Shown one piece after another: positions 1 to 13,919 of a stretch of DNA of 64,000 nucleotides (the first letter of the stretch is position 1; each line of letters begins with the position of its first letter). Where the stretch lies: contig OZ024764.1 of the NCBI GenBank assembly GCA_964016885.1, positions 3,596,001 through 3,660,000 of the forward strand, read 5' to 3'. A model generated the notes under the pieces. It saw only the letters and a list, made by a program, of their open reading frames with translations, had not been told where the DNA came from and did not search any database. Both the position numbers and the translations under genes were made by a program. The stretch comes from Eledone cirrhosa (Eukaryota).

Positions 1-915
1 CTCTGGAAAGCGGACCCGGCAATCAGTGGAGACTCCACCTCGACATTCTATAGAGGGTTGGTACGCAGCAGGTGCGACGATGCTCTCGGAGAAGCTCTAG
101 GCATGGAGGAAGATGAACTGGCCAGTCTGTTCGGTAGGACGTTTGGCCCTGGACCGATGGACAACTTCCAAAAGTCCTTGGCTTGGCAGTGCTACCGAGG
201 CGCTCTACCCGTTCGAGACTAGCTCCACAGGCATGGGAGCTTGGGTAGGGATCCTTTGAATAAGATCTGTCCGAGATGCGTGCATGACGACGAAACCGTT
301 GCGCACGCATTCGTACACTGCCCAGGCATTGCTGACCTGTGGGGCTATGTGGAACGACTACTGTCGAGGGTGGCACCAATCCGGTTGACCACCGAGTCCA
401 TTGTCACGATCAAACCGCCTCCCCCTTTCAAAAACGAAGGAGAGGCGGTTTTTCTCTGTGTGATAGCCATGGCTAAAGAAGTTGTATGGTGGACGAGGCT
501 GAAAGGGCTGAGGTCAGACACCTTTCTCTCCGGCCAACAACTGGTCCCCCTTTTCAAATACCATTTTAAAAGAAGGATCAGAATGGAGAGAGAGGTGCTC
601 TACCCCAGCAAGTTTTATGAAAGGTGGGTGAAAGTAGGGAGAATGGCCAGACTGAATGGGTCTTCTCTCTATATCAGCCTGTAGATGAAAGAAGAGGAAA
701 AAGAGGAGACGAGGGAAGCACCTACTCTTTGTGCTCCTGAGAAGGGTTGCACATTTTTTCCGGGGTGTGTGCGACCCATGTTAATGCCCCCTCCCTATTG
801 AGGACTTCGTTTGTTGTTGTTATTTCATTGTTATATTTTTGTACTTGTTAATTATATGTAAACTTCCCCCCTTGTATCTGTCCCTACCTTTTGTGCCCTA
901 GTGGCAAATAAAGAA
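1..915 (+). mobile_element. Tx1/L1-clade LINE, 3' end of ORF2 (zf-RVT region) plus 3' UTR
   Basis: ORF 241-684 has CPRC..DETVAHAFVHCP (CCHC zf-RVT). Ends in AAATAAAGAAA. Homologous to 2395-4637 and 12705-13537. Confidence 0.85.
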
Positions 916-1530
916 ATCACTCTATATATACTATTGTATTGTCACAGTAAAGGCTTTACCTCACATAATTTCTCACATAACATTTACATTACTCTATATA
1001 TACTATTGTATTTTCACAGTAAAGACTTTACCTCACATAATATCTCACATAACATTTACATTACTCTATATATACTATTGTATTTTCACAGTAAAGGCTT
1101 TACCTCACATAATATCTCACATAACATTTACATTACTCTATATATACTATTGTATTTTCACAATAAAGGCTTTACCTCACATAACATTTACATTACTCTA
1201 TATATACTATTGTATTTTCACAGTAAAGACTTTACCTCACATAATATCTCACATAACATTTACATTACTCTATATATACTATTGTATTTTCACAGTAAAG
1301 GCTTTACCTCACATAATATCTCACATAACATTTACATTACTCTATATATACTATTGTATTTTCACAATAAAGGCTTTACCTCACATAACATTTACATTAC
1401 TCTATATATACTATTGTATTTTCACAGTAAAGTCTTTACCTCACATAATATCTCACATAACATTTACATTACTCTATATATACTATTGTATTGTCACAGT
1501 AAAGGCTTTACCTCACATAATATCTCACAT
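916..1530. repeat. 60/72-bp minisatellite
   Basis: Unit ctcacataa(tatctcacataa)catttacattactctatatatactattgtattttcacagtaaaggctttac, about 9 copies. ORF 901-1554 is its translation. Confidence 0.9.
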
Positions 1531-1670
1531 ACTATCGAATCTATGAGATTTTGAAAGTATTTATTTCGAGAAACTTAACATCAGTTTGAGCGACCAGTTA
1601 CAGCCAGTTTGAACAGAAAGAGGTAGAGAATTCTGGTCGGTTTTGGCCGGTTTAAACATTAAAGGGTTAA
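1531..1670. mobile_element. Dispersed repeat end, possibly a TTAA (piggyBac-type) MITE terminus
   Basis: gaatctatgagattttga...aaagggttaa. Similar sequence at 46475-46560 and 47880-47965. Confidence 0.4.
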
Positions 1671-1710
1671 CAATGTTCCTATCAAAGAACCAGGATTTTA
1701 CTACACACAA

Positions 1711-2300
1711 CATCATCATCATCATCACCGTTTTATGTCCGTTCTTTCACGCTAACATGGGTTACACGAGTTGTCCTGTTGTGGGCAGTGTCCAGTCGGC
1801 TGACCTTGTCTTGCTCATACGGGAACTGATTCTGGCTTGATTTCTACAGCTGGATGCCCTTCCTAACACCAACCTCATTTTCAGTGAGTGCCGGGTGCTT
1901 TTTTACCGTGGCGTCTCTACGTCCACTTTACAGTCTGGGCTGGGTGCTTTTTTGCCGTGGCACCTCCGCGACCACTTTACAGTAAGTGCTGGGTGATTTT
2001 TTTTCAGTGGCACCTACACGTCCACTTTACAGTGTGGGCTGGGTGCTTTTTTGCTGTGGCACCTCCATGACCACTTTGCAGTGGGAGGGTGTGGGGGCAT
2101 ATTGTCTATATGCTTCAGCTTCGGCTTGTACCCGTGGGGGATCGGGTCTTCTGTATTACTGCATGACGCCAGAGGTCACGGTCGTGTGTCATCGTCTTTG
2201 AGGGGTGTAATTGGGTAAGGTCGGCTTTTATCACCTCATCCCAGGTCTTCTTGGGTCTCCCCACTCCGCGGTTTCCATCGACTTCTAGTGCTCTGCACAT
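1711..2300 (-). mobile_element. RTE-clade LINE 3' end with (GAT)n tail
   Basis: ORF 2115-2300 GNRGVGRPKKTW..DRDLWR is an RTE C-terminus. (CAT)n tract at 1711. Confidence 0.85.
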
Positions 2301-2394
2301 CTCTCTATTTATATATACCTGTATATCTATCTATATACCTGTATATCTATATATCTATCTATATACCTGTTTATCTATCTATCTATATATATAG

Positions 2395-4637
2395 ATAGGC
2401 TTGCCAGACTTGTTCTCTGGTGTCCTCGAAGCGGCCTACTGCAACTGGCAGCAGAACGGGAGGATTCCCAGTTCTGTAGGCAGAGGTGTAGTAACACTGA
2501 TCAGGAAAGATGAGAACAAGGGGGGTGAGATAAGCAATTTCAGGCCCATAACTATGCTCAACTCAGAGTTGAAGATTTTGGTCAAGGTGTTAGCAGCGAG
2601 GCTGGTGCTTGTCGTCGAGAATCTGGTAGGGGAAGCGCAAATGTGTGCAATCCATACCAGGTCCATACACGACAACCTCCACCTCATGCAAAACATCATA
2701 CAGAGGGTAAGGGTGTAAATCTGGCTTCAGTGGGGCTATGATCAATTTAGATCAATCTAAGGCATTTGATAGGGTCGACCATCAATACTTGGAAGCGGTT
2801 CTCAAGGCGGCCGGCTTCGGTCCCGTCTTCAGAGGCTGGATCACTGCCATGCACACCAGCATCTGCTCGGCAGTCAAGGTGAATGGCTACCTTTTGGAGC
2901 CATTCCAAATCATGTGCTCCATCCGTCAGGGATGCCCTCTCTCCTCCATTCTGTACGTACTGACTCTCGAGCCATTACTGTGGAAGTTGGAGCTGTTGCA
3001 GGGCATCCCGATCGAACCAGGACTGCGGAAAGCAGTGTCGGCCTATGCTGACGACACAACCGTAATGGTGTCGAAAACCTCGGAAATTGGGGTGATCAGC
3101 AACCTATTACAGGAATACGAAACGTTGACAGGAGCAAGACTAAACCCAAACAAGTCTGTCAGTTTGCAACTCGGCACATGGAGAGGGTAATCCATGCCTT
3201 CCGACAGTGTCATTGGACGCTGGACGGAAGGACCGGTGAAATTGCTTGGGGTCTGGTTTGATCCAGACCTCCATGTGGACAAGAACTGGAACGAGGTCAC
3301 GGCGAAGGTATTTGCACTCACCCAGAAGTGGGCTGAGTGCAAACTCTCCTTGAAAGGTCGAGCGGAGGTGGCAAACACTTACATAGCGTCCGTCATCTAC
3401 TACAACTTGACAGTCGTGCTGTGTCCCCGCGACTACTCTTCAAGTTCCTCTGGAAGAAACAGGCTCCATTGGTGAGGAGATCCATCTGCTGTCAACACCC
3501 TTCTAACGGAGAGCTGGGCATGCCGTGGTTGATGATGCGCAAACACGCGCTGAGGCTACGCCATCTCCAGGTATTCCTGACCGGTGAACCGGTGTGGCTG
3601 TCATTTGTGAGACAAACTCTTCCACAACTCGTCTCACTAACAGAGCTGCAGTCCTGGGTCAAGTGAAGACTGAAAATGGGTGCCTGGCACCTCGAGTGCC
3701 TTCAGGCGCTCACAACCCTCTACCAAGCGGAAACGGCAATCAGCGGAGACTCCACTTTGACATTCTATAGGGGATTAGTGGAGGAGAAGAGCGACAACGT
3801 TCTCGGGGAAACTCTAGGCATCGAGGACGAACTGACCAGTCTGTTTGGGAGGACTTTCCATCCAGGGCCTATGGATAACTTCCAGAGGTCTCTGGGCTGG
3901 CAGTGCTACTGAGGAGCTCTACCAGTTCGAGACAAAATCTACAGGCGCGGACGCCCTGGCAGAGATCCTGCCAAAAGGACCTGTCCAAGATGCGAGCAGG
4001 ACATCGAAACCGTTCTGCATGCAATTGTTCAGTGCCCAGGGGTGACTGACCTGTGGAATTATGTCGAACAGCTACTGTTACATGTGGGACGCATCCACCA
4101 GTTGTCAGCCAAGTCCATCGTGAGGATCACCCCGCCGCCTTCATTTAAGAATGAAGGAGAGGCAGTTTTCCTCTGTCTGGTGGCTATGGCGAAAGAGGTA
4201 ATATGGTGGACGAGGTTAAAAGGACTGAGGGCAAACACCTTATCCCCTTCTTTAAGTACCACTTCAGAAGGAAGGTGAGAGTGGAGAGAGAGGTGCTACA
4301 CCCCAGTATATTCGCTGGAAGGTGGGTAAATGTGGCTAAAATAGCCCGAGTGAATGGGCCTTCTCTGTATATAAACCTGTCGGTTGAGGAAGATGAACAG
4401 AGGGAAGACAGAAACACCTACAAAACGTGTTCCTGGTATTAATGGTTGTTCTATCCACAGGGTGTAAAACAACCCTGCAGTAACGTTCCCCCCTATTGGG
4501 GATTTCAATTGTTATTTTATTATATATAGTTTATTGTTATTTATTAATGTTAAAGTTCTATGATTTTTATGTAAAAGCCCCGCCATCACGTCTTGTAATG
4601 TCCCATTTTTGTATGCCCCTGTGCCAAATAAAGAAAG
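2395..4637 (+). mobile_element. 5'-truncated, degenerate Tx1/L1-clade LINE (RT, zf-RVT)
   Basis: NFRPITMLN, LDQSKAFDRVDH, RQGCPLS, AYADD motifs across several stops and frameshifts. AAATAAAGAAA end. Confidence 0.9.
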
Positions 4638-4657
4638 ATATCTACATATATATATAT

Positions 4658-5335
4658 ATCATCATCATCATCATCATCGATAAACGTCCATCTTCCACGC
4701 TTGCATGGGTTTGGACGGGAATTGTCCCACTTGAGGCAAGAGTGGTTGTCTTGCTCGCGTAGGACTATCTGGCGGGTTTTCTACGGCTGGATGCCCTTCC
4801 TAACACCAACTACATTTACAGTGTGGGGCTGGGAGGTTTTTACCATGTTACCTACACGGCCACATTACAGCGTGGACTGTGTGTTTTTTTGTTGTGACAC
4901 CTACACGACCTCATTTGTTTAGGACTGGATGTTGTGGCACCAACATAACTTTACATCAAAAGGGGTGGTGTGGATGGGGTGGAGGTAGAGGGACGGGGTG
5001 TATTTTGGTTAAGAGGTGCCTACTGACTGTAGGTTTCGCTTTGTACTTAGGCAAGGCGGGTCTTCTGTATTACTGCGTAGCGCCAAAGATCTCGGTCCAG
5101 TGACATTGTCTTGGAGAGGTGAAAGTGTGTGAGGTCGGAATTTATCAAGTTGTCCCAGGTTTTTCTGGGTCTGCCTACTCCGTGGCTACCGTCTATTTTG
5201 ATGGCCCTGCACTTTTTTATACAGCTGTCGTCTTTCATGCGCATCACGTGACCGTACCAACGTAGTCTTCTCTCGAGTAAACAACATCTGATCCCTCTTA
5301 TTCCTAATTTCTCACTTAGTTCATTTATGCTTTGC
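4658..5335 (-). mobile_element. RTE LINE 3' end
   Basis: RLRWYGHVMRM..GRPRKTW motifs and (GAT)n tail. Confidence 0.85.
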
Positions 5336-5689
5336 CATTCACTTATATTACTATCTATATACCTGTATATCTATCTATATACCTGTATATCAAAGACCGA
5401 ATCATGGACTTGTTGCCACTTTTCACCTCTGCCTCTTGGGCCCAGCTAATATATATATACATATATATGTGTGCGCGTGTTTATGTGTACGTGAATGTAT
5501 ATATATGTATGGTGTGTGTTTTCCTGTATGCAGGTGTATGTATGTATATAGATGTGTGTATGTATATATTTAGTTGTTATTACTTTTATGATTTTAATAA
5601 CCTCTGTCATTTTCATTCAACAAATATATTTAGATTATTCTTAACTCCGAAGCCGAGAATCATTCGGTTTCCTAAATAGAATATTAGTC

Positions 5690-6947
5690 TAAGGATCAGA
5701 TGCTGTTTACTTGAGAGAAGACTACGTTGGTATGGTCACGTGATGCGCATGAAAGACGACAGCTGTATAAAAAAGTGCAGGGCGATCAAAATTGATGGAA
5801 GTTACGGAGTACGTAGACCCAGAAAAACCTGGGACGATATGATAAATTCCGACCTTACACACTTGCACCTCTCTAAGACAATGTCACTGGACCGAGATCT
5901 TTGGCGCTACGCAGTAATAGAGAAGACCCGCCTTGCTTATGTACAAATCGAAACCTACAGTCAGTAGGCACCTCTTAAACAAATATACACCCCAATCCAC
6001 TACCACTACCCTATCCTCCCACTCCCACCAACACCACCCTCTCTCTGTAAAGTTGGTACCACAACATCCAGTCCAAATAAATGACATCGAGATCAAGATC
6101 ATGTAGGTGTCACGAGAAAAAACACACAGTCCACGCTGTAATGTGGTTGTGTAGGAGACACGGTAAAATGTTCCCAGTCTATACTTTAAAGTGGTCATGT
6201 AGGTGACACGACAAAAAAACACACAGTCCACGCTGTAATGTGGTTGTGTAGAAGACACGGTAAAAAGTTCCCAGTCCACACTGTAAAGTGGCCGTGTAGG
6301 TGTCATGACAAAAAACACATAGTCCACGCTGTAATGTGGTTGTGTAGGTAACATGGTAAAAAGTTCCCAGTCCACGCTGTAATGTGGCCGTGTAGGTGTC
6401 ATGACAAAAAAAACACACAGTCCATGCTGTAATGTGGTTGTGTAGGAGACACGGTAAAATGTTCCCAGTCTATACTTTAAAGTGGTCATGTAGGTGACAC
6501 GACAAAAAAACACACAGTCCACGCTGTAATGTGGTTGTGTAGAAGACACGGTAAAAAGTTCCCAGTCCACACTGTAAAGTGGCCGTGTTGGTGTCATGAC
6601 AAAAAACACATAGTCCACGCTGTAATGTGGTTGTGTAGGTAACATGGTAAAAAGTTCCCAGTCCACGCTGTAATGTGGCCGTGTAGGTGTCATGACAAAA
6701 AAAACACACAGTCCATGCTGTAATGTGGCCGTGTAGGTAACACGGTATAAACCTCCCAGTCCACACTTTAAAGTGGTTGGTGTTAGGAAGGGCATCCAGC
6801 CGTAGAAAACCCGCCAGATACAGTACTATATGAGCGAGACACGGTCACCCGACCAACCTTGCCTCAAGTGGGACAACTCCCGTCTAACCCATGCTAGCGT
6901 GGAAGATGGACGTTAAACGAAGATGATGATGATGATGATGATGATGA
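5690..6947 (+). mobile_element. RTE LINE 3' end with internally amplified 3' UTR (about 48-bp subrepeats, 291-bp duplication)
   Basis: ORF 5740-5967 nearly identical to 5047-5247(-). (GAT)n tail at about 6920-6947. Confidence 0.85.
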
Positions 6948-7404
6948 TTCTATTTAGGAACCCGAATGATTCTCGGCTTCGGAGTTAAGAATAATGTAAA
7001 TAAACGAAAATGACAGAGGTTATTAAAATCATAAAAGTAATAACAACTAAATATATACATACACACATCTATATACATACATACACCTGTATACAGGTGG
7101 TATGGAGGACCGTCACGACCAGGGACTTCCTTGGCTGCAGTGGAGGGCCACGACGTCTGTCGTGCCTTGCCGTGCCGTAGCGCTCCACACCGCTTGCTGT
7201 CGCCACCTTTGTGACCTTTGGGACGATGTTGTCCTCTTCCACTCACTCCGCCGGGTTCAGTCTTCGCATGCAGGGGCAGGCACCCCCTATCTAACTCACC
7301 GTGGGGGGAGGGGAGGGGAGGTTCAGACCCGTCCGGCTACCCTCAACCTGGTTCGGCCCGCCAGCCAACCAACCAAGGCGGCTCACCGGGGTGGGGTGGA
7401 CGCT

Positions 7405-7648
7405 GTCGCATGCTACAGGTGAGAGCTGAGCATGGAGAGGGTCGCATGCTACAGGTGAGAGCTGAGCATGGAGAGGGTCGCATGCTACAGGTGAGAGCTG
7501 AGCATGGAGAGGGTCGCATGCTACAGGTGAGAGCTGAGCATGGATAGGGTCGCATGCTACAGGTGAGAGCTGAGCATGGAGAGGGTCGCATGCTACAGGT
7601 GAGAGCTGAGCATGGAGAGGGTCGCATGCTACAGGTGAGAGCTGAGCG
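7405..7648. repeat. 36-bp GC-rich minisatellite
   Basis: gtcgcatgctacaggtgagagctgagcatggagagg, about 6.7 copies. Confidence 0.95.
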
Positions 7649-7799
7649 CCAGGTGGGACCCAATGCAGGACGAGCTGTCCTGAAAAGGGCATGGCTAGCC
7701 CTCCCTACAGAGGTACATGCCCCTCCCTGACACCCCAGGCATATACACATGCATATACATACACATACATATGTACATGTGTATATACATATTTACACA

Positions 7800-7957
7800 T
7801 TTTTGGATGGCCGTTGACTCTTATGGGTTCTTCCGCCTTTTGTTTTTTGTCCTGCAAGTAAACTTGGTGGGGTTGCCAGTTTAGTCGTTGACGACCTGAC
7901 CATGCAACAGGTTGTACTGGGTTTCATGTTACCAGTAGCACTCAAGAGTGACCTGAC
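7800..7957 (-). mobile_element. RTE-type 5' UTR fragment
   Basis: Homologous to 55425-55582, which continues into the RTE 5' UTR-like motif CTAGGAGAAGGAAAACTCTGA. Confidence 0.5.
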
Positions 7958-8107
7958 ATAATATATATATATATAAGTTTATCCCAGGTTCAATCAGGGG
8001 TAACCACAGTAAATATGGGAAATAAATACTAAGTCTTCCCAATATGTATATATTTTTTCTTAAAATCTTGACTATAACTTCGTAATATATAATTCTTTAT
8101 CTCTCAA

Positions 8108-9692
8108 TTTTCTACTGTGGTACCTAACTGGAACTAAGTACCACCTATTGGTCCTTAAATTTAACTCACCTTTCTACTGTGGTACCTAACTGGAACTAAG
8201 TACCACCTATTGGTCCTTAAATTTAACTCACCTTTCTACTGTGGCACCTAACTGGAACTAAGTACCACCTATTGGTCCTTAAATTTAACTCACCTTTCTA
8301 CTGTGGTACCTAACTGGAACTAAGTACCACCTATTGGTCCTTAAATTTAACTCACCTTTCTACTGTGGTACCTAACTGGAACTAAGTACCACCTATTGGT
8401 CCTTAAATTTAACTCACCTTTCTACTGTGGTACCTAACTGGAACTAAGTACCACCTATTGGTCCTTAAATTTAACTCACCTTTCTACTGTGGTACCTAAC
8501 TGGAACTAAGTACCACCTATTGGTCCTTAAATTTAACTCACCTTTCTACTGTGGTACCTAATTGGAACTAAGTACCACCTATTGGTCCCTAAATTTAACT
8601 CACCTTTCTACTGTGGCACCTAACTGGAACTAAGTACCACCTATTGGTCCTTAAATTTAACTCAACTTTCAATTGTGGTACCTAATTGGAACTAAGTACC
8701 ACCTATTGGTCCCTAAATCTAACTCACCTTTCTACTGTGGTACCTAATTGGAACTAAGTACCACCTATTGGTCCCTAAATCTAACTCACCTTTCTACTGT
8801 GGTACCTAATTGGAACTAAGTACCACCTATTGGTCCTTAAATTTAACTCACCTTTCTACTGTGGTACCTAATTGGAACTAAGTACCACCTATTGGTCCTT
8901 AAATTTAACTCACCTTTCTACTGTGGTACCTAACTGGAACTAAGTACCACCTATTGGTCCTTAAATTTAACTCACCTTTCTACTGTGGTACCTAACTGGA
9001 ACTAAGTACCACCTATTGGTCCTTAAATCTAACTCACCTTTCTACTGTGGTACCTAATTGGAACTAAGTACCACCTATTGGTCCTTAAATCTAACTCACC
9101 TTTCTACTGTGGTACCTAATTGGAACTAAGTACCACCTATTGGTCCCTAAATCTAACTCACCTTTCTACTGTGGTACCTAATTGGAACTAAGTACCACCT
9201 ATTGGTCCTTAAATTTAACTCACCTTTCTACTGTGGTACCTAATTGGAACTAAGTACCACCTATTGGTCCTTAAATCTAACTCACCTTTCTACTGTGGTA
9301 CCTAATTGGAACTAAGTACCACCTATTGGTCCCTAAATCTAACTCACCTTTCTACTGTGGTACCTAATTGGAACTAAGTTCTACCTATTGGTCCTTAAAT
9401 CTAACTCACCTTTCTACTGTGGCACCTAATTGGAACTAAGTACCACCTATTGGTCCTTAAATCTAACTCACCTTTCTACTGTGGCACCTAATTGGAACTA
9501 AGTACCACCTATTGGTCCTTAAATCTAACTCACCTTTCTACTGTGGTACCTAATTGGAACTAAGTACCACCTATTGGTCCTTAAATCTAACTCACCTTTC
9601 TACTGTGGTACCTAACTGGAACTAAGTACCACCTATTGGTCCTTAAATCTAACTCACCTTTCTACTGTGGCACCTAATTGGAACTAAGTACC
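8108..9692. repeat. 62-bp minisatellite
   Basis: tttctactgtggtacctaactggaactaagtaccacctattggtccttaaatttaactcacc, about 25 copies. Internal GTGGTAC/GTACCAC hairpin. Confidence 0.95.
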
Positions 9693-9900
9693 ACCACAAC
9701 ACTCACTACAACACCACCACCACTACCACTACCACAACACTACACCACACCACCACTACACTACTACACCACTACACAACACACCACCACCACACCACCA
9801 CTACCACCACCACCACACTACCACCACCACCAACACACTACCACCACCACCACCACCAACACACTACCACCACCACCACAACACCTACACCACCACAACA
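9692..9900. repeat. (CAC/CAA)n low-complexity tract
   Basis: Degenerate ACC repeats. Confidence 0.9.
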
Positions 9901-10309
9901 ACATCCTGTATCAGTTTCTTGGAATTAACAGAACTTTCACTTTAAATAAGACAGCCTCAGTCGACTGACTGTATATATGTATATACACTGATATATACAC
10001 CCTCCTGTGTATATAACTGTCTCTTATATATACACCCTCCTGTTTATATCTTTATCTTATATACACATCCTAACATATATATACAACTATATATATACCT
10101 ATAACTATATAATTGAAATTATATAGTTCACATTGAAGAAGAACTTTGTCGGGTAAGTTTACTAATTTTTACTAATAGGCTAGGTAGCCGGTAAAGCCTA
10201 AAGGGATGCAATACACATCGCTACAGCGTTTCACCAGCTCAACCATTCATACATGTGAGTGTACGTAATAATTATTTTGTATAATCTGCATATTTATGAA
10301 TATGTATGA

Positions 10310-12165
10310 GGAGATGTGTGTATATATTTACCTGTAGATGTGTGTATATGTAGGTTTACAGGTCACTTGTCTATATCTGTCTCTATATCTACCTGTAGAT
10401 GTGTGTATATGTAGGTTTACAGGTCTCTTGTCTATATCTGTCTATATATCTACCTGTAGATGTGTGTATATGTAGGTTTACACCTGTCTTGTCTCTATCT
10501 GTCTATATATCTACCTGTAGATGTGTGTATATGTAGGTTTACACCTCTCTTCTCTCTATCTGTCTATATATCTACCTGTAGATGTGTGTATATGTAGGTT
10601 TACACCTCTCTTGTCTCTATCTGTCTATATATCTACCTGTAGATGTGTGTATATGTAGGTTTACACCACTCTTCTCTCTATCTGTCTATATATTTACCTG
10701 TAGATGTGTGTATATGTAAGTTTACACCTCTCTTGTCTCTATCTGTCTATATATCTACCTGTAGATGTGTGTATATGTAGGTTTACACCTCTCTTCTCTC
10801 TATCTGTCTATATATTTACCTGTAGATGTGTGTATATGTAGGTTTACACCTGTCTTGTCTCTATCTGTCTATATATCTACCTGTAGATGTGTGTATATGT
10901 AGGTTTACACCTGTCTTGTCTCTATCTGTCTATATATCTACCTGTAGATGTGTGTATATGTAGGTTTACACCTCTCTTGTCTCTATCTGTCTATATATTT
11001 ACCTGTAGATGTGTGTATATGTAGGTTTACACCTCTCTTGTCTCTATCTGTCTATATATCTACCTGTAGATGTGTGTATATGTAGGTTTACACCTCTCTT
11101 CTCTCTATCTGTCTATATATTTACCTGTAGATGTGTGTATATGTAGGTTTACACCTGTCTTGTCTCTATCTGTCTATATATCTACCTGTAGATGTGTGTA
11201 TATGTAGGTTTACACCTCTCTTGTCTCTATCTGTCTATATATTTACCTGTAGATGTGTGTATATGTAGGTTTACACCTCTCTTGTCTCTATCTGTCTATA
11301 TATCTACCTGTAGATGTGTGTATATGTAGGTTTACACCTCTCTTGTCTCTATCTGTCTATATATTTACCTGTAGATGTGTGTATATGTAGGTTTACACCT
11401 GTCTTGTCTCTATCTGTCTATATATCTACCTGTAGATGTGTGTATATGTAGGTTTACACCTCTCTTGTCTCTATCTGTCTATATATCTACCTGTAGATGT
11501 GTGTATATGTAGGTTTACACCTGTCTTGTCTCTATCTGTCTATATATTTACCTGTAGATGTGTGTATATGTAGGTTTACACCTCTCTTCTCTCTATCTGT
11601 CTATATATCTACCTGTAGATGTGTGTATATGTAGGTTTACACCTCTCTTGTCTCTATCTGTCTATATATCTACCTGTAGATGTGTGTATATGTAGGTTTA
11701 CACCTCTTTTGTCTCTACCTGTCTATATATTTACCTGTAGATGTGTGTATATGTAGGTTTACACCTCTCTTGTCACCATCTGTCTATATATTTACCTGTA
11801 GATGTGTGTATATGTAGGTTTACACCTCTCTTCTCTCTATCTGTCTATATATTTACCTGTAGATGTGTGTATATGTAGGTTTACACCTCTCTTGTCTCTA
11901 TCTGTCTATATATTTACCTGTAGATGTGTGTATATGTAGGTTACACCTCTCTTGTCTCTATCTGTCTATATATCTACCTGTAGATGTGTGTATATGTAGG
12001 TTTACACCTGTCTTGTCTCTATCTGTCTATATATCTACCTGTAGATGTGTGTATATGTAGGTTTACACCTCTCTTGTCTCTATCTGTCTATATATTTACC
12101 TGTAGATGTGTGTATATGTAGGTTTACACCTCTCTTGTCTCTATCTGTCTATATATTTACCTGTA
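10310..12165. repeat. 61-bp minisatellite
   Basis: gtagatgtgtgtatatgtaggtttacacctctcttgtctctatctgtctatatatctacct, about 30 copies. Confidence 0.95.
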
Positions 12166-12196
12166 GAAACGGCTTGAGCTCTCCCGTCGGGGTCTT

Positions 12197-12232
<36 letters not shown>

Positions 12233-12319
12233 AGAATAGGATTGGCTGTTTAGTTGCTAGTTAAGTTAGGCTTAAAATTGGAATGAGAATAATATATATA
12301 TATACACACACAGACACAC

Positions 12320-12356
<37 letters not shown>

Positions 12357-12704
12357 TAAATGAAAAGTATAGAAATTGTTTTAGCGAGAAGCTAACAGTA
12401 TTCCAATATATATATATATACATATATATATGTGTGTGTGCCTGTGTATGTCCATCAGGTACTAACAGGAGATAACGAAGTATGGGGTGACAAACCTTAG
12501 AAAACAGTGACCAGTGTTACACTTTTAAAATATAACTACCATCGTGTGTATATATATATATGTATATATGTAGGAGGTGAGTTTTATTGTAGTACAATAA
12601 GATTTCTTAATATATATATATATGTGTGGGTGTGTATATGTGTGTGTGTATGTATATATATATATATATATATATGTGTGTTTGTATCGATATATGTGTT
12701 TGTG

Positions 12705-13537
12705 TCATGGGCGATGACACCCTTGGAGAGTCGCTGGACATGGAAGAGGACGAACTGGCCAGCCTATTCGGTAGGACTTTCGGCCCGGGACCAATGGACA
12801 ACTTCCAGAAGTCACTGGCCTGGCAGTGCTACCGGGGGGCTCTACCCGTTCGAGAAAAGCTCTACAGACACGGGCGCCCGGGCAGGGATCCCTCGAAAAA
12901 GATTTGCCCTAGATGCGTGCGTCACGAAGAAACCGTTGCGCACGCATTGGTGCAATGTCCGGACGTGGCTGGTCTGTGGGGCTACGCCGAACAACTGCTG
13001 TCGCGGGTGGCGCCGATTAAATTGACCGCCGAGTCCGTGATGACAATCAAACCGCCTCCCCTCTTCACAAAGGAAGCAAAGGCGGTTTTTCTGTGCATAA
13101 TAGCCATGTTGAAAGAGGTTGTTTGGTGGACACGATTGAAAGGTCTGAGGTCAGGCAACTTCCTCTCTGGCCATAGTCTGGTCTACTTCTTCCGATATCA
13201 CTTCGGAAGAAGGATAAGAATGGAGAGAGAGGTGCTTGGCCACAGGCAGTTTTAAGAAAGGTGGGTGATAGTGGCGAGAATGGCTCGTGTAAATGGGCCT
13301 TCTCTGTATACCATCCTGTAGGTAAAGAAGTGAAGGAGAGGGGAGCACCTCCTCCATGTGCTCCCCGGGCAAAGGATTGCACACTTTTTCGGGGGTGTGT
13401 GCAACCCCCATCACGTCCCCTCCCTTTTGAGGTTGTTTTCGATTATTTTCATTTTATACCCTTTTTACTCGATTTTATGTAAACTCCCCCTTTGTATTTG
13501 TCCCTTCTTTTTGTGCCTTTATGGTAAATAAAGAAAT
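12705..13537 (+). mobile_element. Tx1/L1-clade LINE 3' fragment
   Basis: CPRC..EETVAHALVQCP motif, AAATAAAGAAA end. Confidence 0.85.
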
Positions 13538-13822
13538 ATATCTATGTATTTGTGTCATCATCATCGTTTAACGTATATCTTCCACGCAAACATGGGTTTA
13601 GACGTATATATGTGTTTGTGTGTATATATATGTGTTTATGTGTATATATATGTGTCTGTGTATATAGATATGTGTATGTGGCCACATATATATACACACA
13701 AACACACATATATATAAAGTAGAAACAATTAATTTCTCTATTTTCATTTATATATATATGTCCCAAGGCTCTGAAACCTTCAATACGAAAAACATAGAGG
13801 TGGCATATCTAAGAACTGACTA

Positions 13823-13878
13823 ACTGCCTGATGAGGTCATAGCCATTCAATGGCTATCATCGAAATATATATAGCAGT
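13823..13878 (+). ncRNA. Type I hammerhead ribozyme (Penelope pLTR-type)
   Basis: actgc CTGATGA ggtc-atagcca-ttcaa-tggctat-catc GAAA tatat ATA gcagt: stems I and II plus a self-complementary short stem III. Confidence 0.8.
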
Positions 13879-13919
13879 AAATAAAGGATTATGAGTTCAT
13901 GCAATTGACTTATGTTTCG

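Noticed and set aside
901-1554. 217-aa His/Tyr-rich ORF
   Set aside because: Minisatellite translation starting inside a LINE tail.
8108-9692. 62-bp hairpin-containing repeats (and the 310-bp array) as CRISPR arrays
   Set aside because: No unique spacers, no cas genes, eukaryotic context.
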